Of a stretch of DNA of 64,000 nt, positions 1 to 11,700 are shown piece by piece. The notes under the pieces were generated by a model. That model saw only the letters and a list, made by a program, of their open reading frames with translations. It did not search any database and had not been told where the DNA came from. Numbering within the stretch: the stretch's first letter is position 1; every line of letters begins with the position of its first letter. This DNA comes from Lama guanicoe (taxonomy: Eukaryota), in contig MU054338.1 in the NCBI GenBank assembly GCA_013239625.1, positions 1,552,001-1,616,000 on the forward strand, in the 5' to 3' direction. A program made the translations under genes and the position numbers.

Positions 1-1014
1 GGGAAATCTCACCACTTGGTGCCCTCTGGACCAACTGGTTGAATACATACAGGGACCAGACAGGAAACGTGCTCAGTGGGGAGGGGAGGGATGCCGGCAG
101 CCTGGCCCTCCTAGGGCTGGGGGAAAAGCCACTAGTCAAGAATCCCCCAGGGACCCCCGCTATGCAGGTGGGCCTCTCTCCCCACACTGCAAGGACACCC
201 TGTTTTGGGCTGGCTACCTACGGAGGTGGTTCAGATTCTCAGAAGTGCACCAGGCAGGCACCCCACCCCTCACACCTGTTCCTCTGTGGCCTGAGAGTGA
301 ACGAACTGCCCCATCAGAACCACCCCAACTCTTCCCTCCCTTCTCTGGGACGGACTCTAGCCTCACCCTCCTTAGATAAAACCCATTTTGTGCACAGTGC
401 ACGCCAAGCCGGCTAAGTTCTCAGGAACTAGGCATAACCAGTCATACTATCACCCAGCCCCGAGACAAAAAGGCACTACAACCCAACTGGGCAGGAGTGG
501 GGACTGCTCCTGGACTGGTGGCCCCCGGGGGGTTTTCACCTATCATGAAACCACTCCACAAAAACCTCACGCCTTTGAGTAAGTATCCAGAGATCCACAG
601 CATGCCTCACAAGGACTCCGTACTTCTCTGGACTCGTGGACCATCTCTTGGCTGAGTGGGGAGGTAGGCACAGTTACTAACAAGACCCGCACCTACATCA
701 ACACCTCTGGTCAGGTGGAAATAAACACGAAAGAGACGTACGAGCAAGCTCAGTGGTCACGCAGGTGTTCACACTCAAGGTCCCAATCCAAGCTCCGTCT
801 GGAACAGAGTCACACAGCGCCTCCCCGTTTAACCTGGTTACTTCCATTTCTCGGTCACTGTTATTTCCTTCTGGTCATCTTCGGGCCTTGCCTCCTTCAC
901 TGCTTTGTCAACGTCGTTAGTACTGGGCGTGAAGCCATCAAACTGCAGGTGACACTAACACTAGGGTACAAGTGCCTCGGGCTGCAGCCTGGAGACAGGA
1001 TTCTTTCAGGCTAA
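1..1014 (+). mobile_element. Degenerate class I (ERV1/gamma-type) endogenous retrovirus env remnant (transmembrane subunit)
   Basis: Broken frames read GVFTYHETT, then LDHLLAEWGG...NKTRTYINTSGQVE (decayed immunosuppressive domain and CX6CC region), then LTWLLPFLG..LLVIFGPCLL..FVNVVSTGREAIKLQ (typical env membrane anchor and cytoplasmic tail; ORF 715..1014). Frameshifts and stops are present. Confidence 0.8.
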
Positions 1015-1149
1015 TTAGGGAGCAGTTCTGCTCCTCCAGTCTAAGGGAACACCACACCCAGGCTCAGCAGGAAGCAGCCTCAGGATAGAGACCCGCGCCC
1101 CTCAGTGCCCTCCAAGGACAAGCAGCAGTAACGAGGAAGGAGGGGGCTT

Positions 1150-1737
1150 TGTTGCCAGAGATGCTCCAGGTCTTTGCTCAAAACTCATCAACTTGCACCG
1201 TTAGCAGGAGTGTCCTTGCTCACGACCTGCCGACCCCACCGGACCTTCAGCAGGAATACACACGTCTTTAAGCCAAACAATCCAGAGACAAGAAACAAAG
1301 CTACACGCGCGCGCGCACACACACACACGCACCAACACCAGCCGGAACTAAGACGGCGACCAATCTGACCTCTGACAGACCCCGAGTCTCACTGTATGAC
1401 TTTACTACGTCAGAACATTAAATGACACACCCACGGGCAGCCAGGACCAGATACGGACCAAAAAAGATAAAAATGGGGTGGCAACCCCCTCCCTCGGAAA
1501 AAGCCCGGCTCTTTACCCGTAGACTAACGAATACGCCAGCGGATCCTAGCCTCACCCCCCACCCTCTGGTCTTTAAAATAAAATCCCTCTCGCCACGTGG
1601 ACGAGAAGTTGATTGGTGAACTTTGTTCCCTCTTCTCCAAGCTTTGGTCACTGAGTAAAATTTATGCTGTTAACCTCAGCCTCATTATCATTTATCACCT
1701 ACTCGAACCCCAACGGGAAAAGAACCCTCCCCTACCA
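1150..1737 (+). mobile_element. 3' LTR of the ERV (approximate bounds)
   Basis: Follows a polypurine tract (~1130-1146, AACGAGGAAGGAGGGGG). Starts TG, contains AATAAA near 1577 and ends near ...CTACCA. Confidence 0.6.
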
Positions 1738-1849
1738 GGCCAGGGTCCGGGCAGAGTCCACAGGACTTAACTCGGTATCAGGCGCACCTGGGGCGATGCC
1801 GGAGGAGCCAGTACTTTAAGTTCCAGGGCCCCCGACCAGACTACACTCG

Positions 1850-2900
1850 CTGGCAGGTGTGCGCGGAGGGGAGGGACGGGCAGAGTCCCGACTGCACCGG
1901 CACCAGTCTCGTCCTCGGAAACTTGTGGCAGGCAGTACGCACAGGCTGGCCCCCGCCTCACAAACAGCATTTATGCGAACAGGAGGGGGAAGGGGTGAGG
2001 GGGTGGCCTGCAGGCGGGTCGCGGTCACATGTTGGCTCGTTCTCGCTGCAGCCGCGAGTTGTAGGCACGGGACACGGTGTTCCAGGCGTCCATGTAGCGG
2101 TCCATGCACATGGCGATGCACTTCTGGGGAAGGGGAGGGCGCGAGGCTCAGGTCTGGACCCCCGCCGTCGCCCCCTACCTCGGGCAGCGGACTGCGCACG
2201 CGCAGCGGCCCCACCGCCCCGCGCCCTTGGTCCACGCACGCGCAGCGGCCTCCCCGCCCGTCCGGCCCGCGACCCGCCGGCCCCCGGGGTTTGTTCACCT
2301 GCTCGGAATTGTCCAGGGAGCCCCCCGGCTTCCCAATGCACTTCCGGAAGCACTTGTCCGTCATCCTCTGTGGGGACACGCGAGCCCTCAGTTGCGACGC
2401 CTGGCCCTGGCGGACCCCGGCACCCTCGGCCCCTCGCCCCCCTCCCGCGGCCCGGCCCCGGACCTGCAGCAGCTCCTGTGCGTTGGCCACGGCGATCTGC
2501 ACTTTCACCTGCTCCATGATAAGCCCTGGGTCCAGCTTCCCACCGCCGGAGCCCCCGAAATCCGAGCCGAAGCCGCCCTCCATGGCTCCACAGTCAACCG
2601 GAGCGCGACCGCGTGCGCCCACCCGCACCCGCGCCGGAAGTCGGCCGCCCAATGGCCCCACGGGAAATGGAGTCCGGGCGGGCAGGGGAAGGGCGAAGCG
2701 AAGGCGGGACCACAATTCCCACAAGGCGGTGCGGGGCCCGCCGCGCACTCGCAGAGAGGAGCCGCCCCCCCTCGCCTGGACTCAGGAAGGGGCCTGACGA
2801 GGCTCGCCCCCGGGGGCTCCCGCCGCGCGTGCGTATTGGGCAGCGGGCAAATCCACACTGCGCATTGCAGTCGGGGGGGGGGGGGGGGGGGGGGGGAGGG
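1850..2900 (-). promoter_or_regulatory. TIMM13 CpG island and promoter
   Basis: CpG-dense. NRF1-type TGCGCACGCGCA at 2193-2204, ETS CCGGAAGT at ~2634-2641, CCAAT at ~2649, and ACCACAATTCCCA (ZNF143/THAP11-type) at ~2709-2721. Confidence 0.8.
2025..2583 (-). CDS. TIMM13: Mitochondrial import inner membrane translocase subunit Tim13, 95 aa; coding exons 2464-2583, 2299-2367, 2025-2123
   Basis: Spliced translation [95 protein letters not shown]. Twin CX3C motif; GT-AG introns; TGA at 2025-2027. Confidence 0.98.
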
Positions 2901-2989
2901 GAGTGTCACACGACCGACAGCACAGAATGCGGAAAACAAGGCCTTAGAGGTGGGGTCTTCCACAGCGCATCACCAGGGCGTGGGAACCG

Positions 2990-3080
2990 ACTCAGAATTT
3001 AAAACCAAAATGTTTATTGGGGTGTTGTACAAAAAGTTTCCAGTCATAAAATGTATATTACAAATCACCAGGGAAAGTAA
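2990..3080. other. Ortholog of the lamin B2 replication origin AT-rich element; overlaps the LMNB2 poly(A) signal
   Basis: The minus strand reads GATTTGTAATATACATTTTATGACTGGGAAACTTTTTGTACAACACCCCAATAAACATTTTG, which closely resembles the human lamin B2 origin core as I recall it. It sits in the same position, between the LMNB2 3' end and the TIMM13 promoter. Confidence 0.75.
3013..3018 (-). terminator. LMNB2 poly(A) signal AATAAA; implies a ~2.8 kb 3'UTR (~2995-5764)
   Basis: TTTATT on the + strand within an AT-rich terminal block. Confidence 0.8.
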
Positions 3081-5119
3081 AAGACCACACATTTGGCATG
3101 CACCTTAAAAGTCACCAACAGATCTGTGAACTGAGTCTAGACAGCCGGCTTCTTGAAGCCGAGTCGACTAGCATGTTGTGCTGGTGACCCCCTTCCGGCG
3201 TGGAATTAAGACCTTTCCAGTAGCTTTAGTGTCCTTGAGGAATGTCAGTCCCAGCTCGGCTATGCTGATATAAATAGAACTGCTGGGTGTGGGTGAAAAC
3301 AGCCCAAGTCCGAAGCCTTGCTGTTGTGCACGGCTGAGCGCCCAGGTCCCAGGGAAAGGTGTGGGTGTCTCCCAAGGGCAGCCTCACTGGCCCCATCCCG
3401 AGGCCTGGGCCGAGCGTTTTCCCTAGGAGGGTGTTACAGTCACAAGATGGGGGCTTAGAAAAAAACTCACGTCTGCATTATTTTAAGTGGATTAGAGTTA
3501 AGCTTGCTTGTTAACAAATGCAAATTGTTCCCCAGGCCAAGGCTGACATTTTAATATTGGACTCTGCTGTTTTCCCAAATACTTGGTTACCAATGACTCA
3601 TACCAACCTCCAGCCACAACTGGAACCCCCTCCCCACACCAGCCAAGGGCATCCCAGCCCCTGCCTGGTCCACTTGGAGTCTCCACCTTAGCCAGGCAGT
3701 TAACTGCAAGGGGTGAGACCTAGAACTGGCCTTGAGGCAAGGAAGAAATCAGCTTCTGGGAACAACCCCCCTGCCTGTGGGCTCTGCAGACACCCGGGCA
3801 GCTCTGGGCCTGCTGGGGTGGGGGTGGGGGGGTGCCCTCTTCCTTCCTGTCCACAAGCCAAGCCTGCAAAATTGCATCAGCAACTCACAGACCCAAACTT
3901 CCAGGACACAGCTTTGATCCCGAGATTCCCAAAATACCTAGAGGACGTGGCTGAGACTAGGGCAGAGCTTCCACGTGCCTGAGGGCCACCTAGACCCACC
4001 CTCTCAGCACCTCATCACGCGCTCCAGATCCTTACTGTTCACTCAGTTCCTGCTACGCAGCGCAGCGAAGGGCGCCAGCCTGTGGCCTCGGGGGCTTGGA
4101 AGCACTCATGGGGAAGGTCACACATGGGGACGGGGTGGCGTGTCGCTAGTGCAGGGAAGCTCTCCAGGGGCCCACCAGAAACAAGAGTCTGCACCTTCCC
4201 CGAGGAGTTGTCTCCCTCCACAGGGGAAACACAGCCCACAGTCCAGGAACTTGGTGGCCAAGGAAGGATGCCCAGACTTAGAGCACGGGGCTGCAGGAAG
4301 ATTCTGGACCCACAGCAGTGCTGGTTTTGTGGCCACTGACACTTCCCTGCCTGGCTCAGGCCTCGTGCCCTCCCAGGGAAAGCGGGACACTCGGAGGCCA
4401 GTGTGCTGCTCCGAGCCTAGGGTGAGCCCCGGGGCTGGCACTCAGGCCGCCTGCTTGGCTCAGCGTTGCGTCTTTAAGACTTGAGCTGCACCTTCTGAAG
4501 GAAGTTTGCCATCTGGGGGCTCAGAGCCCACTGACGCAGGCACCCCAACGCCACCCCCTCAAGGGACTGTCCTGGTGACCCCGGCACGAGCGAGCCCCTG
4601 AGGTGGGATCCCGGCAATCTGTGTACTGACCGATGTAAAAAAATAAATATCCATTAAAAAAATAACTTCTGTGTATCTACGTGGCAGGGGTATAAAGGTT
4701 AGCTGATGCAAGGAAGGGTCTCGGCGGCCAGGAGCTAGACCGTGACACGGAGCCCCTGGGGAGGGGCACTGGCACCAGGTCTGTCCAAGAACCATCATTT
4801 CAGCATAAAGTCAGAGAGGAAGCGAGGATACAGTATCCGCGTAGGAACACAGGGCAGAGTTGGAGAACTGGAGGCCGCTGGCTCATCCCGCAGTCACCCT
4901 CCTCCCGGAGGGAGGGCGGGATATGGTGGCTACACTTGGACATTATCCTGAAGTCCAAGATTTGCTTCCGGGGTGGTCACATGTCCCCTTGATGCCTACC
5001 TGGGGACAAGTCTTAGAATGGAGCTGTCCCCCGAGCCCGTTTCCGCTCCCCGCTGCTGCCCCCCAGGGGCAGGAACTCAACTGCAGAGTTCCTGCGGTGG
5101 GACGTGCGGCTCCAGCAGC

Positions 5120-5308
5120 CAGGACGGGAGCGGGGAGGCCCACCCCATCGGAGCCCTAGCCAGACAGTCAAAGCCTGCGATTCCCAACCGCTCCCCTCCT
5201 CGTCCCTGTCCTTACAGGACGGGAGCGGGGAGGCCAACCCCTTCGGAGCCCTAGCCAGACAGTCAAAGCCTGCGATTCCCAACCGCTCCCCTCCTCGTCC
5301 CTGTCCTT
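5120..5308. repeat. Tandem duplication (2 x 95 bp) in the LMNB2 3'UTR
   Basis: CAGGACGGGAGCGGGGAGGCC...CTCGTCCCTGTCCTT occurs at 5120 and again at 5215, with only 2-3 differences. Confidence 0.95.
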
Positions 5309-5764
5309 GGTCGGCTGAGCCACCATCGACGGGGGTGCCTCTTCACCCACCAGGTCAGAACCTGGATTCTGAATTTGGTTTCTCAAAAGCTTAATGAAAC
5401 AACTATTGGATTCCTACACCGTTTTGCTCTCTGTCCACCCCAAGGCCTCCTCTCCAGTCCTGGCCCCAGGCTGTGGCGGAGACCAAGGCAGTGACAGGCC
5501 CCCGGACCCCCTACCCAACCTCCAGCCTCCAAACCCACAGGCCGTGAGCACTAGGTTCCTGGGCTTCGAATTCTATGGAAAGGTGACGGGGCACCGAGAC
5601 AGTCTGGACAGTGGTGACAAAGGGTACAGGAGACCCACCCCCCACGCTCTGGCAGTTTGCTTAAAAATTCTCTAGAAATGTATCAAGGACTAAAGAAGCC
5701 AACGATATAAAAATAGTTTTCAGTGGCTCTGGGTAAAGAATGACGTGTGACGAGGCGTGTTCAG

Positions 5765-8700
5765 TCACATCACGCGGCAGCCTCGAGAGGTGGTCCTCGG
5801 GTCCCCCTGGAAGGAAGGATGGCAGCAGTGAGGTGAGCCTGGGAGGTGGGCGCCCGCCCACCTGGCCAGGCAGGTAGCTGGTGGCCCCCCACGCCCACCA
5901 GGGAGGAGCTGGACCGGGCCGGGGCCTGAGCCATCACAGGAAGCTTGGCTCTCAGCAAGATGACAGGGCCAGCAGCTCCTGCCTCAACAGTCCTTGTTCC
6001 GGAACCTTCCATGTCTCCCTCACCTCTGTTCTGAGCTACGTGACACACGACAATTCTTTCAGACCCAGGAAGGCAGGGCGTGTGCATGTGTGTGTATGTT
6101 CGAGGGCATGTCTACGTGTGCCTCCCGGGAGCCCAACCTGTTGGTGGAAAAGATCCTCCTCTCCAAACTCGGCGGCCTCCTCCTCTCCCTCTTCCCCGTT
6201 CTCGGCCTCCCGCACCACTGACGACTGCTTCACGGTCCTCATGGCCACTTCCTGTGCGAGACAAGAGCTACAGACACCCACCCAGGCACCGGGGCCCAGC
6301 CCACAGCGGTGGTCAGGGTGGCTGGGGGCCCAGGCGGCCCTCAGTGGCTCTGCCCCACACAAGCCCCAGGGCTGCGGTGGAGGCAGGCACCCACCTCCCC
6401 ATCAGCGTTGACCAGGACGGTCCGGAAGCTCTCGCCCGTGCCCCAGCTGCTCTGGCTCTTCCACACAAGCGTCGAGGGGGGGCTGTGAGCCACCCCTGCA
6501 CCGGCTGCCCACACCTGGGAACACAGGAGGCCCCCGTTAACATCAGCTCCCATCCCAGTGGCATGTATCATCAGCCTGCCCGCTGGGCATTTAATCCTTC
6601 TAGCTCTACTGGGTCTGGGTCAGGAGTGATGATCTCCAGGGTATGGAAAAAGAGACGGAGGTCCACAGCGGCCAAAGGCTCCCATCCTAGCCAATGGGCC
6701 AAGTTGGGGTCAGAAGCCCTGGAGCCCCTGCTGGTAACTTTCTCGCCAAGAACTGCCACCAGCCCAGACAGCCTAGATTCAGCCCCACCTCCACCATGGA
6801 CCCCTGGCACATCCTCCCCAAGGGAGGATGAGGGAGGACCCGTCGAAGGAACATAGGCACACAGGTGATCGGGGAGAGCAGGTGGCTGTCCTCAGAGCCG
6901 GTGCCCCCCATCATTCCCTGCCCCCACCTCCGACCCAGACGCGCCGCACATCCCACCCACGCCTCCCTCTGGCCGCTCCGCAGCAGCACCTACCGTGACC
7001 GTCTGGCCGGCCCGCAGCACGTACTTGGGTGTGAACTTGTAGGCAATCTCCTCCCCTTCCAGGATCTGCCTCTTGATCCTCCAGTTGCCCAGGGACTGAT
7101 CCTGGCAAAGGGGGCGGCCGTTGGCACAGCTGCGGGAAGAGCCCCGGCGGGCCTCCCCCGAGGGGTGGGGTCCTCACCTTGTCCGAGCTGTTCTTCAGCT
7201 GCACGAACTTGCCCTCCAGGTCGATCTCCTCGATGCTGATGCTGCCTGAGGCCGAGGCCTGCTGGGCCAGGTGGAAGCTGCCGCTGCTACTGCTGCCAGA
7301 TCCAAGGCCACTCGAGCCGGTGCCCAGCGGCTCTTCCACCTCCAGCCGCTTCCGCTTGCTGCGGCCCTGGCGCCCGGCTGTGGATACGCTGCTGCTGCTG
7401 CTGCTCGAGGTGGCCCGCGAGATGGTGATCCGCGACGGGCTGGGGGATAGCTGCAGCCTACGGGGAGGGGGTGCGGGGAGTGACTGGCTGTCCCAGGGCA
7501 GGCCGTGCTCCGCCCCCACCTCCCGGCGCCCACCTCTCCTCCTCGCCCTCCAAGAGCTTGCGGTAGGCGTTGATCTCCATGTCCAGGGCCAGCTTCACAT
7601 CCAGCAGCTCCTGGTATTCGGCCAGCTGCTGCTGCATCACGTCCCGCATCTCCGTCATCTCCCGCTCCTTGGCATCCAGCATCTTCCGGAACTTGTCCCG
7701 CTCCCCCGCCATGGTCTCCTCCAGCTCTCGGATCCGGTCCTCGGCTGCGCTCGCCTGGGGCGGGGCCACATGGCCAGGTCAGCGCAGGCTGCGCATTATC
7801 TCTGGGAGAAGGCCATCCAGCTTCGGGCCTCTCCCCAGCCTCCAGGGGCCGGCGGTGGGCTGGAAGGCCCCTTGGTGCGGCGGGCTGGGTGCAGAAACCA
7901 GGCCCTGAGAGAAGCATGGATCCGTAGCCCCAGTGGGGGCTTGGAGCAGGCACACGGCCGAGGGCTCACCTGCTTCTGGAGGCCGGAGAGCTGGTAGCTG
8001 AGGGACTCGACGCGCATGCGGGCTTCCTTCAGCTCCTCCCGGGCGGCGCTGGCTGCCTTGTCGTTCTGGTCGGAGCTCAGCTTGGCATGATCCAGCTGGG
8101 GCGGGGCACGGCAGAGCGGTGAGGGCGGGACGTGGGGCGGGCAGATTGGCGAGGGCGGAGGGCAGGGGACGGGGCGACGGGAGTGGGGCGCGGGGTGGGG
8201 CCCTGCCTACCCGCCTGCCCGCCGCACCTTGGCCTGGTAGGTCTGCTCCAGTTCCCGCTTGTAGAGCTGCACCTGCTCCTCGTGCTGCGCCCGCAGCTCC
8301 TCCAGCGCCTGGGCCATCTTGAAGTCATACTCCTGCTGCCGGCTGCTGTCCACCTCCACCAGGCGCCGCTCATGCCGCCGCCGCGTCTCCCGCACCTCCT
8401 GGGGACACACCGCGTGCTGATGCCCCGGCCCCAGCTGTGCTGACAGCGACCCTGTGGGGAGCGGCCTGGTCCCTGGTTCACACCCCACAGCACGACTCCA
8501 GACCACCAAAGAATGGCCGCCCAGTGTCCCTCAGCAGACAACCGATAAACACACCACGCGTCCCTCCACACACGGGGGCATCGCTCAGCCGTGACCAGGA
8601 GAGCAGCCCTGACACGCGCTCCCACGTGGACGGACCCTGAGAGCACGACGCCCAGGGAGAGAAGCAGGCACAGCAGGACACACAGCGTGTGAGTGAGTCC

Positions 8701-11700
8701 ACGGACGTGAGGCGCCCAGAGCAGGCCAGTCCCCAGAGATGGACAGTGGGTTTGTGGCTGTCAGGGGCTGGGGAGGGGGGGATGGGAGGGTGACTTCTTT
8801 TGGGGCATGGACTGCTCTGGAATTAGAGGCGAAGGCTGCACAACACTGTAAATGTCCTAAATGCCATCAGATTAATTGTGCTCTTTGAAAGTAGTTTTGC
8901 TGTTTGAATTTTATCTCAGTCTGAAAACCAGAGAAGGGAGACACTGAAGCGCTACTGGTAATGGGCAGTTTCTTTCTGAGGTGATGGGATGTTCTGGACT
9001 AAGAGGTGATGGCTACACAACTCTGTGAATGGACTAAAACCCACTCCACGTTGCAAACCTCGAAAGCTTCATGGTGTGGGAATTTTAAAAAGAACTGACA
9101 GAGCCCATCCCAGGTGCCTGGGGTCCAAGATGGAGGGACTGGCCCTCAGGACAGCGGCGGCACGAGACACTGACCAGCTGACGGATGCCCCAGCCACATA
9201 TGCCAGGAGCTGACCAGACGGTGGTGGGGCCGAGGGCAGGCGAGGCAGCCCCAGAGATCAGGGCCTCAGGCTCCAGGGAGGGTAAGTTCCGCTCTAGAAA
9301 ACTTGCAAAAATCATTCATCAGCACCACCAGTTTGTAGGAAGCAGAGGAATGTTTCTAAAGGAAGCCAACTCCTTTCACAAAGAACCGAGGAGCATGGGG
9401 GAACCATGGCCTGCACAAGACCTTCGTGGGGCCCCCCTCACAGGGACCCCCTGGGGCCCTCCCCAGGGCGCCCTCCTGCCCCCCCAAGGCTTTATCATGG
9501 GCCTCCTCACGGGATCCCTGACAGATGTGGGCGCCCCATAGCCCCTCTGGTGGCTCTGGCTCCGGCCGGGCCTGGCTGAAGCTGGAGGCCACTCCGCAGC
9601 TGCATGGGCATTCTTCCTGCCAGCAGCAGTTTCAGGCAGCGAGTGCGTGAGGTGCCAGGCCCAGGGTTCTGTTCCCCGTGACAGCACAATGGGCGGTGAT
9701 GGGGTGGGAGGGCCTGGGGACCGGGCCCCCACACCAGCCCCCCACACCAGCCCCTCGCAGGAGCACAGAAACCCAGCTCCACTTGCCGGGACTCTGGGTG
9801 GCTCCCAGCTGCGCTGGCTATGTTGAGCGGAGGTCCAGAGATTAGGAGGCCAGGGAGGGTCTGCAGTGGGATGAATGGTGACCCACCCCCCTGCAACCAA
9901 CAAAGGCGTGCCCACATCCTGATTCACTGAGCCTGCCAGTGTAACCTTCTTGGAAAAAGGGACTTTGCAAGTGGGATTAAGTTAAGGGTGTCGAGAAGAC
10001 CACCCTGGATTATCCACAGGCAGGGGAGCCTAAATCCAATGACAGGTGTCCCTGTAAGAGACACAGACATACAGAGGAGAGAGAGAGGACGGCAGGAGGA
10101 CAGAGGTGGAAATCAGAGGGACACAGCCACGAGCCCAGGGACGAGGACCCGCGAGGCAGGACGAGGCAGGAAGGACAGACCCACCTCCTCGAAGACGTCC
10201 TTGCGGAAGGCCAGCTCCTCCTGCAGGCTCTGGCAGCGGTTCTCCAGGTCCACGCGCATCAGCGTCTCTTTCTCCAGCTGTTTTTTGGCCACCGCATGAC
10301 TGTCCTCTGCCTGGAGACAAAAGATAGGTGGCTGGTGATGCTCTGTCGGCTGCAGGGCATGCACAGTCCTCAGGTGGGGGGCGTGCAGGCAGCCTACCCC
10401 AGTGGACCCCTGGGCCACCACCCCCACCACACTCGCCCCGCCCCACTACCTTGGCCAGCTGGGCCCGCAGCTCTGCCACGTCGTTCTCCAGGGCACGCTT
10501 GTCGCTGAGAGCAGCAGCCAGCTCCGCCTCGCTCCGGTGGAACACAGACTCCAGGTCCCTGACACGGCCCTGGGCCACCGTGAGCTCGCCCTCCCTCTTC
10601 TTAGCACTGAAAGTCAGGAGGGAAGTTAGCCAGCAGCCCAGCGCTCAAGGCCAAGTCCACCACCTCTGGACCTTGGCCAGGACCTATCCTTGCTCCCGGT
10701 GAGGGAGCCTCACCTGTCCACACAAAAGGTGCCCCTTCTTCAAACCTTCTGGGCCCCACGGGGACCCGGCCCACTGCTCAAAACAACCCTCAAGGAAGGG
10801 GTTTCAAGTCCTTTTCTGAAACTTTTGGACACAGGAGGGCGCATTTAGGGGAGAACTCTGATTTTTAAAAAATTTATGTATAACTTGTTAAAGTTACAAA
10901 TTAAAACCCTAGCCTTTGAAGAGTTTATCTCATTTGTAAACTTCAAGCTTTTTAAAGCATGCCTCGACAGGCTACTGATAGACAGTTACCTCCAACATTA
11001 AAGGTTTGAGGTGCCAAACAGACTTTTTAACACACAAGTCTTAATGGCATGAACATTCCTTAATGTTGTTCTAAAGCTTCTTGGGGTTGAGAGCTCACCC
11101 AGGTCCCCACCAAGGAAATGACTGGGCCGTGCCCAGCAACAGTGGCAACATGCTGGGTCTCTCCCTGTGGGCACCACGGGGCGTGGGGCAGCATCCCTGG
11201 CGCTGCGCCCCACCTCCACCCCCGTCCCGAGCCCATCAGTAGCCCCGGGGCAGCAGTTCCATCCGGGTGTCGTACCAACGGCCTTCGTGAGGGTCCAGGG
11301 CCTCCCAGCCCGCACTCCTGGGCTTAACACAGTCCTGGTTCTCCTGCTCACGGGGTAGGGGGTGGGGGCTGCAAACCCACATCCCTGGAGGGTCTGGGCA
11401 AATCACTTGCTGGACAAATCATTTTGGAGGCCAGCTTCGTGGAAATGCTGTCCTCCAGCCTCGTGAACACGCTTGTCCTCATGAGGCAGACCTTTCTCGG
11501 AGTCCGAGACAACAGTGAAATCTGCTGCCTCTAGGACGTGAAGAGAAGGGGAAGGGAGGACATGCGTGTGGGGCGGGCCCTGCACTTTTCTGTGCTGCAG
11601 GCGTGGCCCTCAGAGCCGTGAAGGGGCTGGCGTGAGCCAGGTCCCTCTTTCCCAGGGGTGGAGCGTTCATGCAGAGCAACTTCACCCAGCCCCAGGGCTC

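Noticed and set aside
715..1014. Possible domesticated env (syncytin-like) gene
   Set aside because: The env frame is broken by stops and frameshifts, and the CX6CC cysteines are lost.
1816..3108. Long overlapping ORFs of 220-334 aa over TIMM13
   Set aside because: CpG-island ORFs reading through introns or antisense; only the spliced 95-aa TIMM13 is supported.
7179..7997. 272-aa plus-strand ORF (and similar at 22408-23322 and 34112-35185)
   Set aside because: Antisense shadows of LMNB2 and GADD45B exons in GC-rich sequence, with no domain signature.
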